In this document: one piece after another, positions 1 through 15,100 of the stretch
Layout of the letters: the number at the start of each line of letters is the position of its first letter
Numbering within the stretch: the stretch's first letter is position 1
Assembly: GCA_036172245.1 (NCBI GenBank)
Contig: JAYWIR010000034.1
Coordinates: forward strand, 1 to 64,000
Length of the DNA stretch: 64,000 nucleotides
Direction: 5' to 3'
Origin: Raillietiella orientalis
Taxonomy: Eukaryota
Program-made: the position numbers and the translations under genes
The notes under the pieces: model-generated
What the model was told of the DNA's origin: nothing
The model's database searches: none
What the model saw: only the letters and a program-made list of their open reading frames with translations

Positions 1-884
1 ATGAAAACGAAACAGAGTCCACAGTGCCCCACCCTAATGAATAGTCGGACTCATCTCAATGTTCTTCTGAACCCAGTCAAATGGACGTTTGTGCGCCTAT
101 CCATGACGGGAATTTGCAACTCACTGCAAATGGATGCTTCGTGGAGAGGCGCAAAAGTGCAATGGTGAAATCTTCTGATTTCGAATTGATTACAAACCCC
201 CAAACGTTGCAAATTCGGACCACATAATGAACCAAAGAGAAAGAAAACATCCACTTTTTATTTCCGACACCGGTTACCATCAAAACGAAACAGAGTCCAC
301 AGTGCCCCACCCTAATGAAAGGTCGCACTCATCTCAATGTTCTTCTGAACCCAGTCAAATGGACGTTTGTGCGCCTATCCATGACGGGAATTTGCAACTC
401 ACTGCAAATGGATGCTTCGTGGAGAGGCGCAAAAGTGCAATGGTGAAATCTTCTGATTTCGAATTGATTACAAACCCCCAAACGATGCAAATTCGGACCA
501 CATGATGAGTCAAAGAGAAAGAAAACATCCACTTTTTATTTCCGACACCGGTTACTATGAAAACGAAACAGAGTCCAAACTGCCCCACAATAATGAATAG
601 TCGGAGTCATCTCAATGTTCTTCTGAACCCACTGAAATGGACGTTTGTGCGCCTATCCATGACGGGAATTTGCAACTCACTGCAAATGGATGCTTCGTGA
701 AGAGGCGCAAAAGTGCAATTGTGTAATCTGCTGATTTCGAATTGATTACAAACCACCAAACGTTGCAAATTCGCACCACATTATGAATCAAAGAGAAGCG
801 AAACATCCCGTTTCCAATTCCGAGTCTGGTTACCATGAAAACGACACAGAGTCCACAGTGCCCCACCCTAATGAATAGTCGGAC

Positions 885-3720
885 TCATCTCAATGTTCTT
901 CTGAACCCAGTCAAATGGACGTTTGTGCGCCTATCCATGACGGGAATTTGCAACTCACTGCAAATGGATGCTTCGTGGAGAGGCGCAAAAGTGCAATGGT
1001 GAAATCTTCTGATTTCGAATTGATTACAAACCCCCAAACGTTGCAAATTCGGACCACATAATGAACCAAAGAGAAAGAAAACATCCACTTTTTATTTCCG
1101 ACACCGGTTACCATCAAAACGAAACAGAGTCCACAGTGCCCCACCCTAATGAAAGGTCGCACTCATCTCAATGTTCTTCTGAACCCAGTAAAATGGACGT
1201 TTGTGCGCCTATCCATGACGGGAATTTGCAACTCACTGCAAATGGATGCTTCGTGAAAAGGCGCAAAAGAGCAATGGTGAAATCTTCTGATTTCGAATTG
1301 ATTACAAACCCCCAAACGATGCAAATTCGGACGACATGATGAGTCAAAGAGAAAGAAAACATCCACTTTTTATTTCCGACACCGGATACCATCAAAACGA
1401 AACAGAGTCCAAACTGCCCCACCCTAATGAAAAATCGGACTCATCTCAATGTTCTTCTGAACCCAGGAAAATTGACGTTTCTGCGCCTCTCCATGACGGC
1501 AATTTGCAACTCACTGCAAATGGACACTTCGGGAAGAGGCGCAAAAGTGCAATGGTGTAATCTGCTGATTTCGAATTGATTACAAACCCCCAAACGTTGC
1601 AAATTCGGACCACATAATGAACCAAAGAGAAAGAAAACATTAACTTTTTATTTCCGACACCGGTTACCATGAAAACGAAACAGAGTCCACAGTGCCCCAC
1701 CCTAATGAAAGGTCGCACTCATCTCAATGTTCTTCTGAACCCAGTAAAATGGACGTTTGTGCGCCTATCCATGACGGGAATTTACAACTCACTGCAAATG
1801 GATGCTTCGTGAAGAGGCGCAAAAGTGCAATGGTGAAATCTGCTGATTTCGAATTGATTACAAACCCCCAAACGTTGCAAATTCGGACCACATAATGAAC
1901 CAAAGAGAAAGAAAACATTAACTTTTTATTTCCGACACCGGTTACCATGAAAACGACACAGAGTCCACAGTGCCCCACCGTAATGAAAAGGTCGGACTCA
2001 TCTCAATGTTCTTCTGAACCCAGTCAAATGGACGTTTGTGCGCCTATCCATGACGGGAATTTGCAACTCACTGCAAATGGATGCTTCGTGAAGAGGCGCA
2101 AAAGTGCAATGGGGAAATCTTCTGATTTCGAATTGATTACAAACCCCCAAACGATGCAAATTCGGACCACATGATGAGTCAAAGAGAAAGAAAACATCCA
2201 CTTTTTATTTCCGACACCGGTTACCATGAAAACGAAACAGAGTCCACAGTGCCCCACCCTAATGAAAGGTCGCACTCATCTCAATGTTCTTCTGAACCCA
2301 GTAAAATGGACGTTTGTGCGCCTATCCATGACGGGAATTTGCAACTCACTGCAAATGGATGCTTCGTGAAAAGGCGCAAAAGAGCAATGGTGAAATCTTC
2401 TGATTTCGAATTGATTACAAACCCCCAAACGATGCAAATTCGGACGACATGATGAGTCAAAGAGAAAGAAAACATCCACTTTTTATTTCCGACACCGGAT
2501 ACCATCAAAACGAAACAGAGTCCAAACTGCCCCACCCTAATGAAAAATCGGACTCATCTCAATGTTCTTCTGAACCCAGGAAAATTGACGTTTCTGCGCC
2601 TCTCCATGACGGCAATTTGCAACTCACTGCAAATGGACACTTCGGGAAGAGGCGCAAAAGTGCAATAGTGTAATCTGCTGATTTCGAATTGATTACAAAC
2701 CCCCAAACGTTGCAAATTCGGACCACATAATGAACCAAAGAGAAAGAAAACATTAACTTTTTATTTCCGACACCGGTTACCATGAAAACGAAACAGAGTC
2801 CACAGTGCCCCACCCTAATGAAAGGTCGCACTCATCTCAATGTTCTTCTGAACCCAGTAAAATGGACGTTTGTGCGCCTATCCATGACGGGAATTTACAA
2901 CTCACTGCAAATGGATGCTTCGTGAAGAGGCGCAAAAGTGCAATGGTGAAATCTGCTGATTTCGAATTGATTACAAACCCCCAAACGTTGCAAATTCGGA
3001 CCACATAATGAACCAAAGAGAAAGAAAACATTAACTTTTTATTTCCGACACCGGTTACCATGAAAACGACACAGAGTCCACAGTGCCCCACCGTAATGAA
3101 AAGGTCGGACTCATCTCAATGTTCTTCTGAACCCAGTCAAATGGACGTTTGTGCGCCTATCCATGACGGGAATTTGCAACTCACTGCAAATGGATGCTTC
3201 GTGAAGAGGCGCAAAAGTGCAATGGTGAAATCTGCTGATTTCGAATTGATTACAAACCCCCAAACGTTGCAAATTCGGACCACATAATGAACCAAAGAGA
3301 AAGAAAACATCCACTTTTTATTTCCGACACCGGTTACCATGAAAACGAAACAGAGTCCACAGTGCCCCACCCTAATGAAAGGTCGCACTCATCTCAATGT
3401 TCTTCTGAACCCAGTAAAATGGACGTTTGTGCGCCTATCCATGACGGGAATTTGCAACTCACTGCAAATGGATGCTTCGTGAAAAGGCGCAAAAGAGCAA
3501 TGGTGAAATCTTCTGATTTCGAATTGATTACAAACCCCCAAACGATGCAAATTCGGACGACATGATGAGTCAAAGAGAAAGAAAACATCCACTTTTTATT
3601 TCCGACACCGGATACCATCAAAACGAAACAGAGTCCAAACTGCCCCACCCTAATGAAAAATCGGACTCATCTCAATGTTCTTCTGAACCCAGGAAAATTG
3701 ACGTTTCTGCGCCTCTCCAT
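885..3720. repeat. 4-monomer higher-order repeat, 1113-bp period
   Basis: Identical variant ORFs at 1168/2281/3394, 1446/2559 and 1724/2837 (offset 1113 = 4x278+1). The block 612-1718 recurs at 4228-5334 (offset 3616). Confidence 0.9.
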
Positions 3721-6119
3721 GACGGGAATTTGCAACTCACTGCAAATGGATGCTTCGTGAAGAGGCGCAAAAGTGCAATGGGGAAATCTTCTGATTTCGA
3801 ATTGATTACAAACCCCCAAACGATGCAAATTCGGACCACATAATGAACCAAAGAGAAAGAAAACATTAACTTTTTATTTCCGACACCGGTTACCATGAAA
3901 ACGAAACAGAGTCAAAAGTGCCCCACCCTAATGAATAGTCGGACTCATCTCAATGTTCTTCTGAACCCAGTCAAATGGACGTTTGTGCGCCTATCCATGA
4001 CGGGAATTTGCAACTCACTGCAAATGGATGCTTCGTGGAGAGGCGCAAAAGTGCAATGGTGAAATCTTCTGATTTCGAATTGATTACAAACCCCCAAACG
4101 TTGCAAATTCGGACCACATGATGAGTCAAAGAGAAAGAAAACATCCACTTTTTATTTCCGACACCGGTTACCATGAAAACGAAACAGAGTCCAAAGTGCC
4201 CCACCCTAATGAATAGTCGGAGTCATCTCAATGTTCTTCTGAACCCAGTGAAATGGACGTTTGTGCGCCTATCCATGACGGGAATTTGCAACTCACTGCA
4301 AATGGATGCTTCGTGAAGAGGCGCAAAAGTGCAATTGTGTAATCTGCTGATTTCGAATTGATTACAAACCACCAAACGTTGCAAATTCGCACCACATTAT
4401 GAATCAAAGAGAAGCGAAACATCCCGTTTCCAATTCCGAGTCTGGTTACCATGAAAACGACACAGAGTCCACAGTGCCCCACCCTAATGAATAGTCGGAC
4501 TCATCTCAATGTTCTTCTGAACCCAGTCAAATGGACGTTTGTGCGCCTATCCATGACGGGAATTTGCAACTCACTGCAAATGGATGCTTCGTGGAGAGGC
4601 GCAAAAGTGCAATGGTGAAATCTTCTGATTTCGAATTGATTACAAACCCCCAAACGTTGCAAATTCGGACCACATAATGAACCAAAGAGAAAGAAAACAT
4701 CCACTTTTTATTTCCGACACCGGTTACCATCAAAACGAAACAGAGTCCACAGTGCCCCACCCTAATGAAAGGTCGCACTCATCTCAATGTTCTTCTGAAC
4801 CCAGTAAAATGGACGTTTGTGCGCCTATCCATGACGGGAATTTGCAACTCACTGCAAATGGATGCTTCGTGAAAAGGCGCAAAAGAGCAATGGTGAAATC
4901 TTCTGATTTCGAATTGATTACAAACCCCCAAACGATGCAAATTCGGACGACATGATGAGTCAAAGAGAAAGAAAACATCCACTTTTTATTTCCGACACCG
5001 GATACCATCAAAACGAAACAGAGTCCAAACTGCCCCACCCTAATGAAAAATCGGACTCATCTCAATGTTCTTCTGAACCCAGGAAAATTGACGTTTCTGC
5101 GCCTCTCCATGACGGCAATTTGCAACTCACTGCAAATGGACACTTCGGGAAGAGGCGCAAAAGTGCAATGGTGTAATCTGCTGATTTCGAATTGATTACA
5201 AACCCCCAAACGTTGCAAATTCGGACCACATAATGAACCAAAGAGAAAGAAAACATTAACTTTTTATTTCCGACACCGGTTACCATGAAAACGAAACAGA
5301 GTCCACAGTGCCCCACCCTAATGAAAGGTCGCACTCATCTCAATGTTCTTCTGAACCCAGTAAAATGGACGTTTGTGCGCCTATCCATGACGGGAATTTA
5401 CAACTCACTGCAAATGGATGCTTCGTGAAGAGGCGCAAAAGTGCAATGGTGAAATCTTCTGATTTCGAATTGATTACAAACCCCCAAACGATGCAAATTC
5501 GGACCACATGATGAGTCAAAGAGAAAGAAAACATCCACTTTTTATTTCCGACACCGGTTACCATCAAAACGAAACAGAGTCCACAGTGCCCCACCCTAAT
5601 GAAAGGTCGCACTCATCTCAATGTTCTTCTGAACCCAGTAAAATGGACGTTTGTGCGCCTATCCATGACGGGAATTTGCAACTCACTGCAAATGGATGCT
5701 TCGTGAAAAGGCGCAAAAGAGCAATGGTGAAATCTTCTGATTTCGAATTGATTACAAACCCCCAAACGATGCAAATTCGGACGACATGATGAGTCAAAGA
5801 GAAAGAAAACATCCACTTTTTATTTCCGACACCGGTTACCATGAAAACGAAACAGAGTCCAAACTGCCCCACCCTAATGAAAAGTCGGACTCATCTCAAT
5901 GTTCTTCTGAACCCAGGAAAATTGACGTTTCTGCGCCTCTCCATGACGGCAATTTGCAACTGACTGCAAATGGACACTTCGGGAAGAGGCGCAAAAGTGC
6001 AAAGGTGTAGTCTTCTGATTTCGAATTGATTACAAACCCCCAAACGATGCAAATTCGGACCACATGATGAGTCAAAGAGAAAGAAAACATCCACTTTTTA
6101 TTTCCGACACCGGTTACCA

Positions 6120-9100
6120 TGAAAACGAAACAGAGTCAAAAGTGCCCCACCCTAATGAATAGTCGGACTCATCTCAATGTTCTTCTGAACCCAGTCAAAT
6201 GGACGTTTGTGCGCGTATCCATGACGGGAATTTGCAACTCTCTGCAATTGGACGCTTCGGGAAGAGGCGCAAAAGTGCAATGGTGAAATCTTCTGATTTC
6301 GAATTGATTACAAACCACCAAACGTTGCAAATTCGGACCACATTATGAGTCAAAGAGAAAGAAAACATCCACTTTTTATTTCCGACACCGGTTACCATGA
6401 ACACGAAACAGAGTCAAAAGTGCCCCACCCTAATGAATAGTCGGACTCATCTCAATGTTCTTCTGAACCCAGTCAAATGGACGTTTGTGCGCGTATCCAT
6501 GACGGGAATTTGCAACTCTCTGCAATTGGACGCTTCGGGAAGAGGCGCAAAAGTGCAATGGTGAAATCTTCTGATTTCGAATTGATTACAAATCACCAAA
6601 CGTTGCAAATTCGGACCACATTATGAGTCAAAGAGAAAGAAAACATCCACTTTTTATTTCCGACACCGGTTACCATGAAAACGAAACAGAGTCAAAAGTG
6701 CCCCACCCTAATGAATAGTCGGACTCATCTCAATGTTCTTCTGAACCCAGTCAAATGGACGTTTGTGCGCGTATCCATGACGGGAATTTGCAACTCTCTG
6801 CAATTGGACGCTTCGGGAAGAGGCGCAAAAGTGCAATGGTGAAATCTTCTGATTTCGAATTGATTACAAACCACCAAACGTTGCAAATTCGGACCACATT
6901 ATGAGTCAAAGAGAAAGAAAACATCCACTTTTTATTTCCGACACCGGTTACCATGAACACGAAACAGAGTCAAAAGTGCCCCACCCTAATGAATAGTCGG
7001 ACTCATCTCAATGTTCTTCTGAACCCAGTCAAATGGACGTTTGTGCGCGTATCCATGACGGGAATTTGCAACTCACTGCAAATGGATGCTTCGTGAAGAG
7101 GCGCAAAAGTGCAATTGTGTAATCTGCTGATTTCGAATTGATTACAAACCACCAAACGTTGCAAATTCGGACCACATTATGAATCAAAGAGAAGCGAAAC
7201 ATTCCGTTTCTAATTCCGAGTCTGGTTACCATGAAAACGACACAGAGTCCACAGTGCCCCACCCTAATGAAAGGTCGCACTCATCTCAATCTTCTTCTGA
7301 ACCCAGTAAAATGGACGTTTGTGCGCCTATCCATGACGGGAATTTGCAACTCACTGCAAATGGATGCTTCGTGAAGAGGCTCAAAAGTGCAATGGTGAAA
7401 TCTGCTGATTTCGAATTGATTACAAACCCCCAAACGTTGCAAATTCGGACCACATAATGAACCAAAGAGAAAGAAAACATCCACTTTTTATTTCCGACAC
7501 CGGTTACCATGAAAACGAAACAGAGTCCAAAGTGCCCCACCCTAATGAATAGTCGGAGTCATCTCAATGTTCTTCTGAACCCAGTGAAATGGACGTTTGT
7601 GCGCCTATCCATGACGGGAATTTGCAACTCACTGCAAATGGATGCTTCGTGAAGAGGCGCAAAAGTGCAATGGTGAAATCTTCTGATTTCGAATTGATTA
7701 CAAACCCCCAAACGATGCAAATTCGGACCACATGATGAGTCAAAGAGAAAGAAAACATCCACTTTTTATTTCCGACACCGGTTACCATCAAAACGAAACA
7801 GAGTCCACAGTGCCCCACCCTAATGAAAGGTCGCACTCATCTCAATGTTCTTCTGAACCCAGTAAAATGGACGTTTGTGCGCCTATCCATGACGGGAATT
7901 TGCAACTCACTGCAAATGGATGCTTCGTGAAGAGGCGCAAAAGTGCAATGGTGAAATCTTCTGATTTCGAATTGATTACAAACCCCCAAACGATGCAAAT
8001 TCGGACCACATGATGAGTCAAAGAGAAAGAAAACATCCACTTTTTATTTCCGACACCGGTTACCATCAAAACGAAACAGAGTCCACAGTGCCCCACCCTA
8101 ATGAAAGGTCGCACTCATCTCAATGTTCTTCTGAACCCAGTAAAATGGACGTTTGTGCGCCTATCCATGACGGGAATTTGCAACTCACTGCAAATGGATG
8201 CTTCGTGAAGAGGCGCAAAAGTGCAATGGTGAAATCTTCTGATTTCGAATTGATTACAAACCCCCAAACGATGCAAATTCGGACGACATGATGAGTCAAA
8301 GAGAAAGAAAACATCCACTTTTTATTTCCGACACCGGTTACCATCAAAACGAAACAGAGTCCACAGTGCCCCACCCTAATGAAAGGTCGCACTCATCTCA
8401 ATGTTCTTCTGAACCCAGTAAAATGGACGTTTGTGCGCCTATCCATGACGGGAATTTGCAACTCACTGCAAATGGATGCTTCGTGAAGAGGCGCAAAAGT
8501 GCAATGGTGAAATCTTCTGATTTCGAATTGATTACAAACCACCACACGTTGCAAATTCGGACCACATTATGAATCAAAGAGAAGCGAAACATTCCGTTTC
8601 TAATTCCGAGTCTTGTTACCATGAAAACGACACAGAGTCCACAGTGCCCCACCCTAATGAATAGTCGGACTCATCTCAATGTTCTTCTGAACCCAGTCAA
8701 ATGGACGTTTGTGCGCCTATCCATGACGGGAATTTGCAACTCACTGCAAATGGATGCTTCGTGAAGAGGCGCAAAAGTGCAATGGAGTAATCTGCTGATT
8801 TTGAATTGATTACAAACCCCCAAACGTTGCAAATTCGTTCCATATAATGAATCAAAGAGAAGGAAAACAATCCCTTTCTATTTCCGACACTGGTTACCAT
8901 GAAAACGAAACAGAGTCCAAACTGCCCCACCCTAATGAAAAATCGGACTCATCTCAATGTTCTTCTGAACCCAGGAAAATTGACGTTTCTGCGCCTCTCA
9001 ATGACGGCAATTTGCAACTGACTGCAAATGGACACTTCGGGAAGAGGCGCAAAAGTGCAAAGGTGTAGTCTTCTGATTTCGAATTGATTACAAACCCCCA

Positions 9101-12100
9101 AACGATGCAAATTCGGACCACATGATGAGTCAAAGAGAAAGAAAACATCCACTTTTTATTTCCGACACCGGTTACCATGAAAACGAAACAGAGTCCAAAG
9201 TGCCCCACCCTAATGAATAGTCGGAGTCATCTCAATGTTCTTCTGAACCCAGTGAAATGCACGTTTGTGCGCCTATCCATGACGGGAATTTGCAACTCAC
9301 TGCAAATGGATGCTTCCTGAAGAGGCGCAAAAGTGCAATGGTGTAATCTGCTGATTTTGAATTGATTACAAACCCCCAAACGTTGCAAATTCGTACCATT
9401 TAATGAATCAAAGAGAAGGAAAACAATCCCTTTCTATTTCCGACACTGGTTACCATGAAAACGAAACAGAGTCCAAACTGCCCCACCCTAATGAAAAGTC
9501 GGACTCATCTCAATGTTCTTCTCAACCCAGGAAAATTGACGTTTGTGCGCCTCTCCATGACGGCAATTTGCAACTGACTGCAAATGGACACTTCGGGAAG
9601 AGGCGCAAAAGTGCAAAGCTGTAGTCTTCTGATTTCGAATTGATTACAAACCCCCAAACGATGCAAATTCGGACCACATGATGAGTCAAAGAGAAAGAAA
9701 ACATCCACTTTTTATTTCCGACACCGGTTACCATGAAAACGAAACAGAGTCCAAAGTGCCCCACCCTAATGAATAGTCGGAGTCATTTCAATGTTCTTCT
9801 GAACCCAGTGAAATGGACGTTTGTGCGCCTATCCATGACGGGAATTTGCAACTCACTGCAAATGGATGCTTCCTGAAGAGGCGCAAAAGTGCAATTGTGT
9901 AATCTGCTGATTTCGAATTGTTTACAAACCCCCAAACGATGCAAATTCGGACCACATGATGAGTCAAAGAGAAAGAAAACATCCACTTTTTATTTCCGAC
10001 ACCGGTTACCATGAAAACGAAACAGAGTCAAAAGTGCCCCACCCTAATGAATAGTCGGACTCATCTCAATGTTCTTCTGAACCCAGTCAAATGGACGTTT
10101 GTGCGCGTATCCATGACGGGAATTTGCAACTCTCTGCAATTGGACGCTTCGGGAAGAGGCGCAAAAGTGCAATGGTGAAATCTTCTGATTTCGAATTGAT
10201 TACAAACCACCAAACGTTGCAAATTCGGACCACATTATGAGTCAAAGAGAAAGAAAACATCCACTTTTTATTTCCGACACCGGTTACCATGAAAACGAAA
10301 CAGAGTCAAAAGTGCCCCACCCTAATGAATAGTCGGACTCATCTCAATGTTCTTCTGAACCCAGTCAAATGGACGTTTGTGCGCGTATCCATGACGGGAA
10401 TTTGCAACTCTCTGCAATTGGACGCTTCGGGAAGAGGCGCAAAAGTGCAATGGTGAAATCTTCTGATTTCGAATTGATTACAAATCACCAAACGTTGCAA
10501 ATTCGGACCACATTATGAGTCAAAGAGAAAGAAAACATCCACTTTTTATTTCCGACACCGGTTACCATGAAAACGAAACAGAGTCAAAAGTGCCCCACCC
10601 TAATGAATAGTCGGACTCATCTCAATGTTCTTCTGAACCCAGTCAAATGGACGTTTGTGCGCGTATCCATGACGGGAATTTGCAACTCTCTGCAATTGGA
10701 CGCTTCGGGAAGAGGCGCAAAAGTGCAATGGTGAAATCTTCTGATTTCGAATTGATTACAAACCACCAAACGTTGCAAATTCGGACCACATTATGAGTCA
10801 AAGAGAAAGAAAACATCCACTTTTTATTTCCGACACCGGTTACCATGAAAACGAAACAGAGTCAAAAGTGCCCCACCCTAATGAATAGTCGGACTCATCT
10901 CAATGTTCTTCTGAACCCAGTCAAATGGACGTTTGTGCGCGTATCCATGACGGGAATTTGCAACTCACTGCAAATGGATGCTTCGTGAAGAGGCGCAAAA
11001 GTGCAATTGTGTAATCTGCTGATTTCGAATTGATTACAAACCACCAAACGTTGCAAATTCGGACCACATTATGAATCAAAGAGAAGCGAAACATTCCGTT
11101 TCTAATTCCGAGTCTGGTTACCATGAAAACGACACAGAGTCCACAGTGCCCCACCCTAATGAAAGGTCGCACTCATCTCAATCTTCTTCTGAACCCAGTA
11201 AAATGGACGTTTGTGCGCCTATCCATGACGGGAATTTGCAACTCACTGCAAATGGATGCTTCGTGAAGAGGCGCAAAAGTGCAATGGTGAAATCTGCTGA
11301 TTTCGAATTGATTACAAACCCCCAAACGTTGCAAATTCGGACCACATAATGAACCAAAGAGAAAGAAAACATCCACTTTTTATTTCCGACACCGGTTACC
11401 ATGAAAACGAAACAGAGTCCAAAGTGCCCCACCCTAATGAATAGTCGGAGTCATCTCAATGTTCTTCTGAACCCAGTGAAATGGACGTTTGTGCGCCTAT
11501 CCATGACGGGAATTTGCAACTCACTGCAAATGGTTGCTTCGTGAAGAGGCGCAAAAGTGCAATGGTGAAATCTTCTGATTTCGAATTGATTACAAACCCC
11601 CAAACGATGCAAATTCGGACCACATGATGAGTCAAAGAGAAAGAAAACATCCACTTTTTATTTCCGACACCGGTTACCATCAAAACGAAACAGAGTCCAC
11701 AGTGCCCCACCCTAATGAATAGTCGGAGTCATCTCAATGTTCTTCTGAACCCAGTGAAATGGACGTTTGTGCGCCTATCCATGACGGGAATTTGCAACTC
11801 ACTGGAAATGGATGCTTCGTGAAAAGGCGCAAAAGAGCAATGGTGAAATCTTCTGATTTCGAATTGATTACAAACCCCCAAACGATGCAAATTCGGACGA
11901 CATGATGAGTCAAAGAGAAAGAAAACATCCACTTTTTATTTCCGACACCGGTTACCATCAAAACGAAACAGAGTCCACAGTGCCCCACCCTAATGAAAGG
12001 TCGCACTCATCTCAATGTTCTTCTGAACCCAGTAAAATGGACGTTTGTGCGCCTATCCATGACGGGAATTTGCAACTCACTGCAAATGGATGCTTCGTGA

Positions 12101-15100
12101 AGAGGCGCAAAAGTGCAATGGAGTAATCTGCTGATTTTGAATTGATTACAAACCCCCAAACGTTGCAAATTCGTTCCATATAATGAATCAAAGAGAAGGA
12201 AAACAATCCCTTTCTATTTCCGACACTGGTTACCATGAAAACGAAACAGAGTCCAAACTGCCCCACCCTAATGAAAAATCGGACTCATCTCAATGTTCTT
12301 CTGAACCCAGGAAAATTGACGTTTCTGCGGCTCTCCATGACGGCAATTTGCAACTGACTGCAAATGGACACTTCGGGAAGAGGCGCAAAAGTGCAAAGGT
12401 GTAGTCTTCTGATTTCGAATTGATTACAAACCCCCAAACGATGCAAATTCGGACCACATGATGAGTCAAAGAGAAAGAAAACATCCACTTTTTATTTCCG
12501 ACACCGGTTACCATGAAAACGAAACAGAGTCCAAAGTGCCCCACCCTAATGAATAGTCGGAGTCATCTCAATGTTCTTCTGAACCCAGTGAAATGCACGT
12601 TTGTGCGCCTATCCATGACGGGAATTTGCAACTCACTGCAAATGGATGCTTCCTGAAGAGGCGCAAAAGTGCAATGGTGTAATCTGCTGATTTTGAATTG
12701 ATTACAAACCCCCAAACGTTGCAAATTCGTACCATTTAATGAATCAAAGAGAAGGAAAACAATCCCTTTCTATTTCCGACACTGGTTACCATGAAAACGA
12801 AACAGAGTCCAAACTGCCCCACCCTAATGAAAAGTCGGACTCATCTCAATGTTCTTCTCAACCCAGGAAAATTGACGTTTCTGCGCCTCTCCATGACGGC
12901 AATTTGCAACTGACTGCAAATGGACACTTCGGGAAGAGGCGCAAAAGTGCAAAGGTGTAGTCTTCTGATTTCGAATTGATTACAAACCCCCAAACGATGC
13001 AAATTCGGACCACATGATGAGTCAAAGAGAAAGAAAACATCCACTTTTTATTTCCGACACCGGTTACCATGAAAACGAAACAGAGTCCAAAGTGCCCCAC
13101 CCTAATGAATAGTCGGAGTCATTTCAATGTTCTTCTGAACCCAGTGAAATGGACGTTCGTGCGCCTATCCATGACGGGAATTTGCAACTCACTGCAAATG
13201 GATGCTTCCTGAAGATGCGCAAAAGTGCAATTGTGTAATCTGATGATTTCGAATTGTTTACAAACCCCCAAACGATGCAAATTCGGACCACATGATGAGT
13301 CAAAGAGAAAGAAAACATCCACTTTTTATTTCCGACACCGGTTACCATGAAAACGAAACAGAGTCAAAAGTGCCCCACCCTAATGAATAGTCGGACTCAT
13401 CTCAATGTTCTTCTGAACCCAGTCAAATGGACGTTTGTGCGCGTATCCATGACGGGAATTTGCAACTCTCTGCAATTGGACGCTTCGGGAAGAGGCGCAA
13501 AAGTGCAATGGTGAAATCTTCTGATTTCGAATTGATTACAAACCACCAAACGTTGCAAATTCGGACCACATTATGAGTCAAAGAGAAAGAAAACATCCAC
13601 TTTTTATTTCCGACACCGGTTACCATGAACACGAAACAGAGTCAAAAGTGCCCCACCCTAATGAATAGTCGGACTCATCTCAATGTTCTTCTGAACCCAG
13701 TCAAATGGACGTTTGTGCGCGTATCCATGACGGGAATTTGCAACTCTCTGCAATTGGACGCTTCGGGAAGAGGCGCAAAAGTGCAATGGTGAAATCTTCT
13801 GATTTCGAATTGATTACAAATCACCAAACGTTGCAAATTCGGACCACATTATGAGTCAAAGAGAAAGAAAACATCCACTTTTTATTTCCGACACCGGTTA
13901 CCATGAAAACGAAACAGAGTCAAAAGTGCCCCACCCTAATGAATAGTCGGACTCATCTCAATGTTCTTCTGAACCCAGTCAAATGGACGTTTGTGCGCGT
14001 ATCCATGACGGGAATTTGCAACTCTCTGCAATTGGACGCTTCGGGAAGAGGCGCAAAAGTGCAATGGTGAAATCTTCTGATTTCGAATTGATTACAAACC
14101 ACCAAACGTTGCAAATTCGGACCACATTATGAGTCAAAGAGAAAGAAAACATCCACTTTTTATTTCCGACACCGGTTACCATGAACACGAAACAGAGTCA
14201 AAAGTGCCCCACCCTAATGAATAGTCGGACTCATCTCAATGTTCTTCTGAACCCAGTCAAATGGACGTTTGTGCGCGTATCCATGACGGGAATTTGCAAC
14301 TCACTGCAAATGGATGCTTCGTGAAGAGGCGCAAAAGTGCAATTGTGTAATCTGCTGATTTCGAATTGATTACAAACCACCAAACGTTGCAAATTCGGAC
14401 CACATTATGAATCAAAGAGAAGCGAAACATTCCGTTTCTAATTCCGAGTCTGGTTACCATGAAAACGACACAGAGTCCACAGTGCCCCACCCTAATGAAA
14501 GGTCGCACTCATCTCAATCTTCTTCTGAACCCAGTAAAATGGACGTTTGTGCGCCTATCCATGACGGGAATTTGCAACTCACTGCAAATGGATGCTTCGT
14601 GAAGAGGCTCAAAAGTGCAATGGTGAAATCTGCTGATTTCGAATTGATTACAAACCCCCAAACGTTGCAAATTCGGACCACATAATGAACCAAAGAGAAA
14701 GAAAACATCCACTTTTTATTTCCGACACCGGTTACCATGAAAACGAAACAGAGTCCAAAGTGCCCCACCCTAATGAATAGTCGGAGTCATCTCAATGTTC
14801 TTCTGAACCCAGTGAAATGGACGTTTGTGCGCCTATCCATGACGGGAATTTGCAACTCACTGCAAATGGATGCTTCGTGAAGAGGCGCAAAAGTGCAATG
14901 GTGTAATCTTCTGATTTCGAATTGATTACAAACCCCCAAACGATGCAAATTCGGACCACATGATGAGTCAAAGAGAAAGAAAACATCCACTTTTTATTTC
15001 CGACACCGGTTACCATGAAAACGAAACAGAGTCCACAGTGCCCCACCCTAATGAAAGGTCGCACTCATCTCAATGTTCTTCTGAACCCAGTAAAATGGAC

